Positions 33,086-42,553 are shown, counted from the stretch's first letter. The stretch is DNA of 64,000 bases from Nitrospirota bacterium (GCA_963733375.1 CAVTDB010000002.1:1-64000); one strand, 5' to 3'. The notes: a model not told the origin generated them from the sequence alone. Numbers and translations: made by a program.

Positions 33086-33155
33086 TTTACCCTCCGTTTT
33101 TTTCCGGTTGCCTCTGCCGTCCTTGCCATCAAGGACGGGTCCGCTTTACCGGACC
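33086..33155 (-). promoter_or_regulatory. Structured 5' leader of OmcS paralog 3
   Basis: Hairpins GGTCCG-gtaaag-CGGACC and CCGTCCTTG-atgg-CAAGGACGG, then ACGGAGGGTAAA-ATG. Confidence 0.6.
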
Positions 33156-33282
33156 GACTTACTAAAACAGACACTTAAAAATCCAACCAGCTCAACCAAG
33201 CTATCTCCCCTTGAACACCTCCCTGTTTGTGAGATTCGACACATCGTGCTGCTCCTGATCCCTCTACAAAAGCCAGGGAATC

Positions 33283-34280
33283 CTAATTGTTTATCCTGAA
33301 AACGTTGATTCCCCGATCCGCGCTCTGGGTCACGTATAAGTCGTTCTTGCTGTCAATAGCAATAGCACGGGGCGCGATCAGCTCGCCGGGGCCTAACCCC
33401 GTCCTCCAAACTCGGTACATGAACCTGAAATCTTTATCGAAGACGATTATCGCCGCACTTCAGGGTGTCGGCTACGTAGATATTGCCCTTTCCATCGACC
33501 GCCATCCCGGAAGCGACGTTAAATTTGCCGGGAGTGCTGCCGGGGAGCCCCAGGACGCGAGCTTGCCGTCCGGGGTCAGTTTGTAGGCCTGCAAAATTCG
33601 TTGCTATGGTAAAGTACATGTTGCCGCTGTCGTCCATGGTGAAGCCGAACATAGAGGCGTCATTGTCGTCCGAGCTTTCCTTCGACCTCTCTTGCTGTCC
33701 CCAGAGGCGTCTTCCCGCCCCTGATCGAATTTCTTCACGAGGGAGGCGACGTCATAGCTTTCCAGATAATTCCCGGTCTTGTCGAGTACCACGACCTTCA
33801 TCGCACTTAAGTCCGTGAGATAGAACTTGCCGTCCCTAAGGCACATCTGCGGAGGGTTTGAAACCGGCGTATTCGGCGGGAATGCCTTTAAAATCAATGG
33901 TGGTCTTGAATTCGCCCCGGTAGTCGCAGCGTACCACGCTAAATTTATATTGAATTGTCGTAAGAAGCGGAAAGCAGCAGGATGTCCCCGTTCTCGTCCA
34001 CAGCCCCATCCAGCACCCGGCCGAGACGGTCGTCGTCGCCGAATTTGTAAACCTCCATGCCGTCGCTGTTAAATATTGAGATAACATTGCCGCATACATA
34101 AACCTCATCCGCGGCTTTGTCCACGAACAGTGTTGTCCAGCTGTAAGGAATTGGCCCGCCAAAGTTGGAGAGGTCGTAAAGGAATTCAGCCTTTTGGGAG
34201 TCTGCGGAGCAGACCGAAGCGGAGGCTATTATTGAGATGGCCGATAATAAGAGGATTTTATGGAGGTATCTAAACTTCAT
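33283..34280 (-). CDS. Secreted NHL/beta-propeller protein directly upstream of omcS-like gene; frameshifted
   Basis: Signal peptide; FLYDLSNF.G, AVDENGDI, FTMDDSGNMYFT, GKFNVASGMAVDGKGNIYVAD. Confidence 0.78.
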
Positions 34281-34346
34281 TTCGTTTCCCAGTGCTGAAC
34301 ATCCGCAAACTGTAGAACTAACCAACCCACTACGCCAAACTAAATA

Positions 34347-34363
34347 TGCATCCGCCGTGCCAG
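34347..34363 (-). promoter_or_regulatory. Sigma54 (-24/-12) promoter
   Basis: CTGGCACGGCGGATGCA vs consensus YTGGCACG-N4-TTGCW; GG-N10-GC spacing; AT-rich tract upstream. Confidence 0.7.
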
Positions 34364-34607
34364 CGGCCGCTTGCCAGCCCGCCAATGGCGGTAAGTGCCC
34401 GGATTTTATAAAGATTTTTTTTTAAATAAATATTTTTTATCTTCAGAAGAACGCTATAACCGCTTTCTCAAATCTTTTTGCGTTTTTTAATGCGCAAAAG
34501 CACTCACCGCCGTTTTCCGGCTGCTTTAAAACGCGAATATTATCGCTGCGCATCCATATCTTTAATACTTGTTCTTAACAAATCTGATTATATTTAGGAC
34601 GGACGCA

Positions 34608-34668
34608 CCCTCGCACCCGGCCCCTCTCCCATCGACCCGTCGGACTGGGTGCCCCGTGGCGAGGGGAG
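34608..34668. repeat. REP-like imperfect palindrome (CCCTC..CCC.GCCCCTCTCCC...GAGGGG type)
   Basis: CCCCTC 34621-34626 pairs with GAGGGG 34661-34666; single copy in window. Confidence 0.35.
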
Positions 34669-34713
34669 TAAGAAGTGGGGGGCAAATTCGCGCGGGCGGG
34701 GTCCTCGGGCGGG

Positions 34714-35950
34714 CTATTGAAAACTGGTTATCCCATGGCAGCTGCGGCAGCTTCCTCCGCGGCGGGTTAAGTGTATTCCATCCGCGCCGTGCGGGTCGTG
34801 GCAGGTCAGGCACATAATCTTTCCCTGGCCGTCCACGGGGAGGTCGTCCGGCAGGCCAAAAAGGGGTCTCCGGACCTGGTTATCATGCCAATGGCCCGGG
34901 ACCGGGATTGTATGGCAGAGCTTGCAGAGGTCCTTCTCGTCCGCTTCTCAGATTATATTGATAATCGGACGAATGGGGGTCGTGGCACTTGTAGCATTCC
35001 CCTCTTACAAAAGGCGGGTGCAGGTAAGCTCTGTCAAGCCAGCGGTCCGCGTCTTCCTGATGGCACATTACGCATAGCTCGTCCTTTGGTTTTGATGAGC
35101 TGATACTCGTTGGGCGAGCCGTGGGGGTCATGGCAGACCGTGCACATCCCGGCCCCCACCGGACCGTGCATGAACTTCTTCTTCGTGTCTGTCTCTTTCC
35201 TGTCATCGTGGCAGGAGTAGCAAAGGACATTGTCGTCTTTCCCTATGCGGTATCTGTTGGGCCTGCTCTTGGGGTCGTGGCATGCGGCGCACATGCCGAC
35301 GCCCACGGGGCCATGCACGTGGACACTTTTTTGCAGGTCCGAATGGCAGACAAGGCAGGTATTGTCCGTACCCGAATCGAGCTCCTCGGGCGTCAAGGTA
35401 AGTTGGTGGCACCACTCGCACTGCTTCTCTTTTTCAGGAGTGTGAAACAAATATGGCGGATATTCCGCGCCTGGGGGGCCCTCGGCCTGTAAGTAGCGGA
35501 ATATGGAAATGGCCTTGACATCCCAGTCCCCCGAGGCCGGCCCGCCGGCTCCCCTTCGCCGCCAGCGCACTTCTATCTTGTTTACGCCGGGCGACAACAT
35601 CACATGCGCGTGGAAGTACTGATTGTGAAAAACAGGGGTTATCGCGGGTTGCCCGTTGTTTATTATCTCTATCTCCGTCTGGGCGCCGTCTTTCGCCACG
35701 CCGACAACCATAAAGTTATTCTCGGTGGTGGCAACTTTCGTCTCGGCGGGCTGGGAAGCCGTCGCTTTGCGCTTATCAACCGATCGCCGCGATACGGAGA
35801 CGGGTGCGGCGTGGCCCTCGGGCACGATAATACGGATACCCAGACCGGCTCTTTGGTTGCGGCCGCCGTGGAGTTTTTGAGCGGAATGGACGCGGCAATC
35901 AAGAAGAGCGATAGCGCGCATAAGGCGAAGACGAGCTTATTGCTGGGCAT
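34714..35950 (-). CDS. Multiheme cytochrome c (10 CxxCH) with N-terminal beta-rich domain; frameshifted
   Basis: Signal peptide; CEWCH, CLVCH, CAACH, CYSCH, CTVCH, CVMCH, CYKCH, CKLCH, CLTCH, CRSCH. Confidence 0.82.
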
Positions 35951-35977
35951 ACGGGGTAAACCTCTCTTTCAAGTACT

Positions 35978-36985
35978 CTACCAGGTCGCAAGCTCCTCCG
36001 CGGCCTTCCTGTAATGCTCGGCCGCCTTGTCGAAAGTCCCCTTCTTTTCAAAGGCGCGGCCCAGCTCGAAATTCGCGCGCGCCGGTCTTGGATTATCTTT
36101 AACCGATTCAGTTAACAGTTGAATACCTTTGTCTATTTCTCCCCCGGCGACCAGGCACGCACCAAGCCCCGTCTTGGCGTCACTCGACCTGGGGTCCTGC
36201 TGGACGGCCGTCTGGAATTGTTCAACGGCTTTTGCCGTGTCGCCTTTCCCGAGAAGGGCGTATCCGTATTTTATATGCGCGGCGGTCAACTCCGGCGCCG
36301 CTTCCACCGCCAGGGCAAGCTCCGCGCAGGCTTTTTCGGTCAATTTACGCTGTAGCAACTGGCCCGCCAGCATCATGTGCCGCTCGGCCTTTGCCATGCC
36401 CGGAGAGGCTTTTTCATTTTCCTTCGGGTTCAGCCTGCCCTCCAGCTGCTCACTGGTTATCTCGCCCAGCGCGAGCAGCACGTTGCCTTCCACCGCATCC
36501 TGATATTTCCGGTCATGCGAAGGCACCTGCGCGGCCAGTTTCCCGTCTTTGCCCACCACGCCGGTAGTTGGGTAAAGGAACGCGCCCCATTCCCCGTAGA
36601 CCTTGCGCCCGTCGTCATATAACATCGGAAACGTTATCTTTTCCTGGCCGGCCACTTCCCGGGCCTTGTCCTTTTCGTCCGCCTCCGAGACAACCGCCAG
36701 GAAAACCACGCCTTTAGGCGAAAGTCCGGGATATATCTTCTGGAGGTCGCGGAGCGCGAGCACGGAGTTGGGCTGGTCCGGCTTGACGAAGATTACCACC
36801 ACTACCTTCCCGGCCAGGGAAGACAGGACATAGTCCTGTCCCTTGTCGTCTTTCAGTGTAAAATCAGGGGCGCTCTGGCCTTCCGCCACATTCCGAAACG
36901 CCATGGCGGCATGGCAATATCCCGCGAGCATTGCACCTATAACCAGGAAGGGAATAAATACTTTTACCAGGCGTGAAGCGGACAC
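35978..36985 (-). CDS. Exported redoxin (AhpC/TSA-like) domain plus TPR protein, lacking CxxC
   Basis: GQSAPDFTLKD..G....LS...GKVVVVIF; YPTTGVVGKDG; C-terminal TPRs; KPDQPNS where CxxC is expected. Confidence 0.8.
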   Translation of the reverse strand: MSASRLVKVFIPFLVIGAMLAGYCHAAMAFRNVAEGQSAPDFTLKDDKGQDYVLSSLAGKVVVVIFVKPDQPNSVLALRDLQKIYPGLSPKGVVFLAVVSEADEKDKAREVAGQEKITFPMLYDDGRKVYGEWGAFLYPTTGVVGKDGKLAAQVPSHDRKYQDAVEGNVLLALGEITSEQLEGRLNPKENEKASPGMAKAERHMMLAGQLLQRKLTEKACAELALAVEAAPELTAAHIKYGYALLGKGDTAKAVEQFQTAVQQDPRSSDAKTGLGACLVAGGEIDKGIQLLTESVKDNPRPARANFELGRAFEKKGTFDKAAEHYRKAAEELATW

Positions 36986-37107
36986 GGCAAAACTCCTATT
37001 AAAGCGGTTTTTTCGATAACGCGGTAATTTATCACTCCGTCCGGTCTTTGTCCATATTAATTTTATTGATTATTCTTTGCGGGAGGGCTTATATATCCGT
37101 CGTCTCC

Positions 37108-37213
37108 GTCGTCCCCGAAATGATTTATCTGTCCAGAGCGGCAGCGAAGACAGAGTGCCTTAGTCGGGGATCCAGGGTTTAAATTCCTGGATTCCCGCCT
37201 GCGCGGGAATGAC
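37108..37213. repeat. REP-like element family B (double hairpin) with nested 36-bp module
   Basis: GTCGTCCCCGAA[36 bp]TGCCTTAGTCGGGGATCCAG...CTGGATTCCCGCCTGCGCGGGAATGAC. Confidence 0.85.
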
Positions 37214-37228
37214 GGTCCGGAGAGCAAC

Positions 37229-37262
37229 AAAAAAACCCGTCCGGGAATGGACGGGTTTTTTT
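37229..37262. terminator. Bidirectional intrinsic terminator
   Basis: AAAAAAACCCGTCC-gggaat-GGACGGGTTTTTTT. Confidence 0.85.
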
Positions 37263-37277
37263 AATCCTTTAAGGTAT

Positions 37278-37622
37278 TTATGCGGCCAGGCGTTCGGGCC
37301 CTTCGGTTAAAAAGCCAGCTGACTTCCAGTCTTTAAGGCCGCCCTCGTATTCCAGGACTTTCTCATATCCCATGTTCAGGAGCATCTCCGAAGCCTTGGT
37401 GCTTAGCGTGCACTCGAAGCCGCCGCAATAGACTATGACCTCCACGTCCTTGCCGTAATCGTTCTGGACGCGCATGGACAGTTCGGAAATGGGTACGGAG
37501 ATGGCGCCTTTTATATGCTCCCTCTCGTAATCGTCACGTTCCCGGACGTCCACCAGTACAACCCTGCCCGGCGCTTCCTGAAGTTTTCGCCTCAGCTCGT
37601 CACGGTTAATTGACCTCACCAT
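37278..37622 (-). CDS. Rhodanese-like domain protein
   Basis: LVDVRE..Y...HIKGAI, IVYCGG..C..S, YEGGL..W. Confidence 0.9.
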   Translation of the reverse strand: MVRSINRDELRRKLQEAPGRVVLVDVRERDDYEREHIKGAISVPISELSMRVQNDYGKDVEVIVYCGGFECTLSTKASEMLLNMGYEKVLEYEGGLKDWKSAGFLTEGPERLAA

Positions 37623-37691
37623 TTTCTACCTCCGGTTAATCCTTTTTCTCTAAGTATAACATATCCGCTGGTTTTTAATTTGTCCCTGTAA

Positions 37692-38402
37692 TTATAACAT
37701 ATCCGCAAGGACGCGCTCGAGGGAGGCTATCTCGTCTATGTAAAAATCCGGCCGGACCCCCTCATATTCCCGGACGTCGCTCCTGACCAGGACCATGCGC
37801 ATCCCCGCTTTTTTGGCGCCCCAGAGGTCCCTGAAGGCGTTGTCTCCCACGTATACCGCCTCACCGGGCTTGACCCCCAGCGCGTCCAGGGCCATCTTGA
37901 AGTATTTCGCCTCCGGTTTCCTGAAGCCGTAATCGGAGGACAGGAAGATGTGCTCGAAGAACCATCCAAGCTTAAGCTGGTTTATCTCCGGCTCCGTATA
38001 ACACCTCTGCGCATCGGAAAGGAGCGCCATGGGGTACTGCTCGCGGAGACGCTCCAGCATCCCGTAAATGCCAGGGAACGGCTCGAAATATTTCCTGGAA
38101 AGCGAACGGAAAAGCCTTGCGGCCATCAGGGCGGTTTTTGGCTCCGCCTTTCCCTCCCGCCTCGCCCCGATTATCCCGGTGAATATGCGCCGCACGTCCA
38201 CGTCAGGATACTGCTCTTTTCCGGCGCCGAGGCTGCGCTTCACGCCCTTCAGATATTCATCCTTCAGTGCGTCCGGAGGGATAAACACATGGCTGTACGA
38301 GAGGAACTTGCTGAGTTCCCAGTAAAGGGCCGGGTCCTGCTCGTCCGTACGGATGTTCACGAGTGTGCCGTAGAGGTCGAATATCAGGGCTTTTATGCTC
38401 AT
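37692..38402 (-). CDS. HAD-family hydrolase
   Basis: IFDLYGTLV, LLSD, RKPE, VGDNAFRD. Confidence 0.9.
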   Translation of the reverse strand: MSIKALIFDLYGTLVNIRTDEQDPALYWELSKFLSYSHVFIPPDALKDEYLKGVKRSLGAGKEQYPDVDVRRIFTGIIGARREGKAEPKTALMAARLFRSLSRKYFEPFPGIYGMLERLREQYPMALLSDAQRCYTEPEINQLKLGWFFEHIFLSSDYGFRKPEAKYFKMALDALGVKPGEAVYVGDNAFRDLWGAKKAGMRMVLVRSDVREYEGVRPDFYIDEIASLERVLADML

Positions 38403-39406
38403 GAGAGCTTCAGCCCCCACGCAAGGCACTCCCTGGCCTCGGTAACGAGCCTCCTCCTGTGCTCCCGGTCGAGCCAGGAATTGCTGGCAATCCGAAGCTC
38501 GGTCAACGCCATGTAGAAGGGGTTTCTGAGCATTATGCTCTTGTAGACTTTTTCCTGGTGTTTGAACCGCCCCGCGTACTCGCGGAGGAAATGCCCGATA
38601 TGCCTCTCCGAGATATATTTGTTACCCGTGCGCCACAGGAAGGAGTGTTTCAGTTCGCCGCATACCATCCCGACATCCATCATCCGGTCGTCCGGCCTCA
38701 TCCTCTCCAGGTCTATGGCTATGCAGCCCCGGCCTGCCGGGAATATGAAATTTGTGGGAGTCGCGTCGCCGTGCACCAGCACCCGGCGGTCCTCCCTCAT
38801 GTAATCGCGCTCCATCCACGCGTCTTTCAGCTTTATTAATACCTTCTTCAGGTGCTCGTCCACCAGCCCTTTTTTGGCAAGCTTCATGAGGATGCGGTCG
38901 AAATAGTCCGACGAGCGCATGGGCGAGGCCGGGAAATCGGAAGCGGTCCTCTTGTGGAACTCGGAGAGGAAGAAAGCGAGGTCACTAAGCCGCCCTTTAA
39001 GCCTGTCATGTCTTCCTTCAAAGGCCGCGCGCCTGATGTAGTGGTCCAGGTCCTGTCCCTCGACATATTCCTCCATGAGACCAAGCCCCAGGCTCTTCTC
39101 GCTTGCCAGCGGGCGCACGACGCGGTTCGGCAAGCCGGCAAGGCCCAGCGCCCTCGCTTTGCGCAGGTTATGGTACTCGCCGATTAACTTCGGCCCCTTC
39201 GCATCAGCCGGAGTATAAAACTTGCCGATCAAGCTTACGCGGGAAGCGCTTTCCTGGTAGCGGTACACGAGGTTGGACCCGAAAAGTCGGCTGACATGGA
39301 AGGTGGGGTTTTTCACCTCCAGCTCCACCTTCGGCATCACGTCCTTCACCATGTACGAATAAAGCGGGTCCGCCGTCTCCAGCGTCCCCAGGTATGCGGA
39401 ACTCAT
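38399..39406 (-). CDS. Aminoglycoside phosphotransferase (APH)/kinase-like protein
   Basis: LVHGDATPTNF, AIDLE; overlaps HAD gene by ATGA. Confidence 0.85.
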   Translation of the reverse strand: MSSAYLGTLETADPLYSYMVKDVMPKVELEVKNPTFHVSRLFGSNLVYRYQESASRVSLIGKFYTPADAKGPKLIGEYHNLRKARALGLAGLPNRVVRPLASEKSLGLGLMEEYVEGQDLDHYIRRAAFEGRHDRLKGRLSDLAFFLSEFHKRTASDFPASPMRSSDYFDRILMKLAKKGLVDEHLKKVLIKLKDAWMERDYMREDRRVLVHGDATPTNFIFPAGRGCIAIDLERMRPDDRMMDVGMVCGELKHSFLWRTGNKYISERHIGHFLREYAGRFKHQEKVYKSIMLRNPFYMALTELRIASNSWLDREHRRRLVTEARECLAWGLKLS

Positions 39407-39427
39407 TTATCGCATCTCCCTCGACAT

Positions 39428-39502
39428 GTCATCCCCGAATGCCTTAGTCGGGGATCCAGGGCTTGATTTAAATTCCTGGATTCCCGCCTGCGCGGGAATG
39501 AC
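39428..39502. repeat. REP-like element family B (no insert), overlapping NUDIX 3' end
   Basis: GTCATCCCCGAATGCCTTAGTCGGGGATCCAG...CTGGATTCCCGCCTGCGCGGGAATGAC. Confidence 0.85.
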
Positions 39503-39983
39503 GGTACATGCGGAATTCAGTCTCGAAATTGGGCGTGAATACGCCCTTTCCGAGGCTCGAATTTATTTCTTCCAAGGTCCAGAACCTTATCTCTTCTATC
39601 TCGGACGCCTGATGCGTGAACGGCCCGTCGTGCGTGGCGAGATAGCTCCGGATGTTCTCCGATTCGATCTCGTTCCGGAGCGGGTAGTCGTAGAGATATT
39701 TCAGTTCCGGCGGCTCTATCCCCAGTTCCTCCGCCATCTCGCGGAGCGCCGCCTGCTCGTAGCTCTCGCCCACGCCAAGGTGGCCGCCCACGGAGGTGTC
39801 CCATTTGCCGGGCTGTATGTCCTTGTCCTTATTGCGGAGCTGAAGGAGAAGCTCTCCCTTTTTATTGAAAACCAGCACGTGCACCGCGCGGTGGACAAGC
39901 GCCGGGTTCCCGTGGCACTCGCTCCGGGGAGCTTTCCCGATTACCTCGCCCTTTTCGTTCACAATTTCGAAATACTCCATCAT
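39468..39983 (-). CDS. NUDIX hydrolase (Idi/YfcD-like)
   Basis: HRAVHVLVFN, PGKWDTSVGGH...GESYEQAALREMAEELGI. Confidence 0.9.
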   Translation of the reverse strand: MMEYFEIVNEKGEVIGKAPRSECHGNPALVHRAVHVLVFNKKGELLLQLRNKDKDIQPGKWDTSVGGHLGVGESYEQAALREMAEELGIEPPELKYLYDYPLRNEIESENIRSYLATHDGPFTHQASEIEEIRFWTLEEINSSLGKGVFTPNFETEFRMYRHSRAGGNPGI

Positions 39984-40501
39984 TCACCCTCAAATTTATT
40001 GATAATTTTCTCCGCATCCAATGCGGCGGACTCGGGGTTGGCGTCAGTCAGGTATGCGGTCCAGTGGCCGTGGAGATACTTGTCATCAGGCTGCGGCGTT
40101 ATTATCGAGAACCCTGTAAGCGTCCCTCCGTGTGCGATGTCAGTCGTCAGATCATTAACGCGCCACTCGATATCAATAAATTGACTCTCCTCCTGGGTGA
40201 CGACATTGACATGCCAGCCTGGCGGCGATGTTGCGCTGCCTTGACCGAGGCCGCTGTCGAAGCTCCATCCCTTAGGTTCGACCTGAAGCTCAAAAACGCC
40301 GTGATAATAGTCGTAACCAATATCGACCGCGGCAATGCGGTGCGGACCGCTGTTAACGACGCGGTACTCGTACCGGGTGGCGCCGTCTGGCTGAGTCGAT
40401 TGAGACGCTTTGATTGTAATAGTCGGCGCCTGTTCCGCATGCGCGGCGTATGGACCGGCAAACAGAAATAAGCATATAATTACAAGCCGTTTTATTGTCA
40501 T
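39980..40501 (-). CDS. Hypothetical secreted beta-rich protein
   Basis: Signal peptide ending AHA; YEYRVVN, SPPGW, LTGFSI. Confidence 0.7.
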   Translation of the reverse strand: MTIKRLVIICLFLFAGPYAAHAEQAPTITIKASQSTQPDGATRYEYRVVNSGPHRIAAVDIGYDYYHGVFELQVEPKGWSFDSGLGQGSATSPPGWHVNVVTQEESQFIDIEWRVNDLTTDIAHGGTLTGFSIITPQPDDKYLHGHWTAYLTDANPESAALDAEKIINKFEGE

Positions 40502-40569
40502 AGAGCCTTCCCGCTCCAGGCGCTGTCCTGCACCCCGCGCCCCTGAAGCAGCCCCTTCGGGGGCTTAGG

Positions 40570-40600
40570 AACCGTAATGAAACCGTAACTAAACTGTAAC
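40570..40600 (-). promoter_or_regulatory. Three direct repeats with 11-bp period (OmpR/PhoB-family-like box)
   Basis: AACCGTAA 40570, AACCGTAA 40581, AACTGTAA 40592. Confidence 0.5.
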
Positions 40601-40671
40601 AAATAAAGGTGTCGATGGCAAATTATCGGACGAAGAATTACGGGAGGGCATGTTGCCGGAAAGGGGGGTAT

Positions 40672-41371
40672 TTATTTTCCGCCGCCGAATACGGCGAAGA
40701 TGCCGTTTTTGTAGTAGCAGTCCACGCCTTTAAAGCCGAGACGGCTCAGCATGTCAAGCTGGCTTCTTGAGGGTGTCGGGCTTGTTGTCCTGGTTTTCCT
40801 TGTACATGTTTACGAAGTTCAGGCGGTCCTCGGACCCCGTCCTGTCCACCCACTCGCGCCATATATCGAGATACCATTTCTCAAGCTCTTCCGAGGGGGA
40901 AAGGACGGCGTCTATATTGACGAAGTATCCGCCTGCTTTAAGGCTGTCTCTGATATAAGCGTAGAGGTCTTCCTTCTCCTCATACGTAAGGTGGTGTATG
41001 GCGAGCGAGGAGAATATGAAATCGAACTCCGGCAGGTCGTGCTTCCCGCCGATGATCTCCTGGAAGCTCGCATTGACAAACTCCACGCGTTTGCCGTGAA
41101 GGCCGTTTTTCGCCTTCTTCAGCATGTCCTCGGAGCCGTCGATGAGCATCACGGAGAAGTTTGAGAACTCCTTCATCAGTTCGTGCGCCAGCGTGCCGTC
41201 CCCGCAGCCCAGGTCGAGCACGTCCACATGCTCCCTGTCCGCCAGGAAATGCCCGTAAAAGGATTTCAGGACTCCGATGAGCCTTTGACGCTCAAGGATC
41301 ATGTTTTCGGCGTTATTTGCGTAGTGGTCCGAAAATTCCGGGTCCGCCCAGCGGGAGTCCTTATAGCTCAC
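40672..41371 (-). CDS. Class I SAM-dependent methyltransferase; C-terminal frameshift
   Basis: VLDLGCGDG, IDGSEDML, SSLAIHHL, LKAGGYFVNID. Confidence 0.88.
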
Positions 41372-42014
41372 GAGTGCACACTCCTTTGAAGCTGAGGCGG
41401 TGGATGGGGCATGGCCCGTGCTTTTTGAGGGCCTCCAGGTGCGTCATGCAGCCGTAGCCCTTGTGTCCGGCGAAGCCGTACTGGGGATATTCCATGTCGT
41501 AGCGGACCATCATGCGGTCGCGGGTGGTCTTTGCGATTATGGACGCGGCGGCTATCGTCGCGCTCCTTGCGTCGCCTTTTATTACCGAGCGCTGCGGGAT
41601 GTCCAGATCAATGCTCATGGCGTCAAGTAAGATGAAATCCGGCGGGTTTATCAGGTCCTGCACGGCCAGGAGCATCGCCTTTCTCGCGGCCTGCAAGATA
41701 TTGATTTTGTCTATCTCGCCCGCATCGACTATGCCTACCCCGAAATCGTAAGACTCGGCGCAAATGAGGGTGCACAGCGTGTCGCGCTGGCGTTCGGTAA
41801 GCTTCTTGGAGTCGTTGACGTCCGGGATTACCTGGCCGGGCTTGAGTATCACGCAGCCCGCGACGACAGGACCGGCCAACGGCCCGCGCCCCGCCTCGTC
41901 CACTCCGGCGATATGGAGGTAGCCCTGCCCCGCCAGGTCCGTCTCAAAAAAATAAAGGGACGGCACAAGGCCCTCCCCGAAATCGAATCCGGACTGCATT
42001 TTACTGTACGACAT
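41361..42014 (-). CDS. rnhB: Ribonuclease HII
   Basis: AGVDEAGRGPLAGPV, DSKKL, IAAASIIAK..RD, HKGY, HRLSF. Confidence 0.96.
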   Translation of the reverse strand: MSYSKMQSGFDFGEGLVPSLYFFETDLAGQGYLHIAGVDEAGRGPLAGPVVAGCVILKPGQVIPDVNDSKKLTERQRDTLCTLICAESYDFGVGIVDAGEIDKINILQAARKAMLLAVQDLINPPDFILLDAMSIDLDIPQRSVIKGDARSATIAAASIIAKTTRDRMMVRYDMEYPQYGFAGHKGYGCMTHLEALKKHGPCPIHRLSFKGVCTREL

Positions 42015-42037
42015 ATTACCTGCTTCCGGACCGTTTA

Positions 42038-42073
42038 AAAGTTTTTGGCGTTACCTTTTTCCAAAAAGGTAAC
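42038..42073. repeat. Palindromic repeat family A
   Basis: AAAGTTTTTGGC-GTTACCTTTTT-cc-AAAAAGGTAAC. Confidence 0.85.
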
Positions 42074-42082
42074 AGGTTTAAT

Positions 42083-42553
42083 TTACTTCTTTGCCGCCTT
42101 CGGAGCCTTAGGAGCCTTCGGAGCTTTCGGAGCCTTAGCGGGTTTTTCGGCCTTCACGGGTTTCTCGGCCTTTTTCTTTGCCGTTGCCGCCGCTTTGCCC
42201 GCGCCTTCCGGCTTATACTCTTTCTCTTTTATCCTGGTTGCCTTGCCGGAGAGCTCGCGCAGATAGAAGAGCTTCGCCCTGGCCACCTTGCCGCGCTTGG
42301 CGACCTTGATGTCGGCGATCAGCGGGGAGTGGAGGGGTATAATCCTCTCGACGCCTTCGCCGTAGCTGATCTTGCGCACGGTGAAAGTCTCGCGGCTTCC
42401 GCCGCCGGTTTTGGCGATGCAGACGCCCTCGAATACCTGGATGCGCTCTTTTTCGCCTTCTCTTACCTTAAGGGAAACCTTCAAGGTGTCCCCGATGGCG
42501 AAATCGGGGGTCGTCCTCATGTGTTCTTTTTCTATGGAATCGAGGATATTCAT
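42083..42553 (-). CDS. rplS: 50S ribosomal protein L19 with Lys/Ala/Pro-rich tail
   Basis: [35 protein letters not shown]. Confidence 0.97.
   Translation of the reverse strand: MNILDSIEKEHMRTTPDFAIGDTLKVSLKVREGEKERIQVFEGVCIAKTGGGSRETFTVRKISYGEGVERIIPLHSPLIADIKVAKRGKVARAKLFYLRELSGKATRIKEKEYKPEGAGKAAATAKKKAEKPVKAEKPAKAPKAPKAPKAPKAAKK

Noticed and set aside
33086-34560. GEMM-I (c-di-GMP/cGAMP) riboswitch upstream of omcS-like genes, as known in Geobacter
   Set aside because: No GGCAAA...GAAA...GACGCAAAG-type core found by eye in any leader; an Infernal search would be needed to exclude a divergent copy.
42045-42266. ORFs starting MALPF(S/Y)(K/Q)K at 42045, 42651, 62226 and the extended ClpB start at 58275
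   Set aside because: The shared start is simply the translation of repeat family A, not a protein family.
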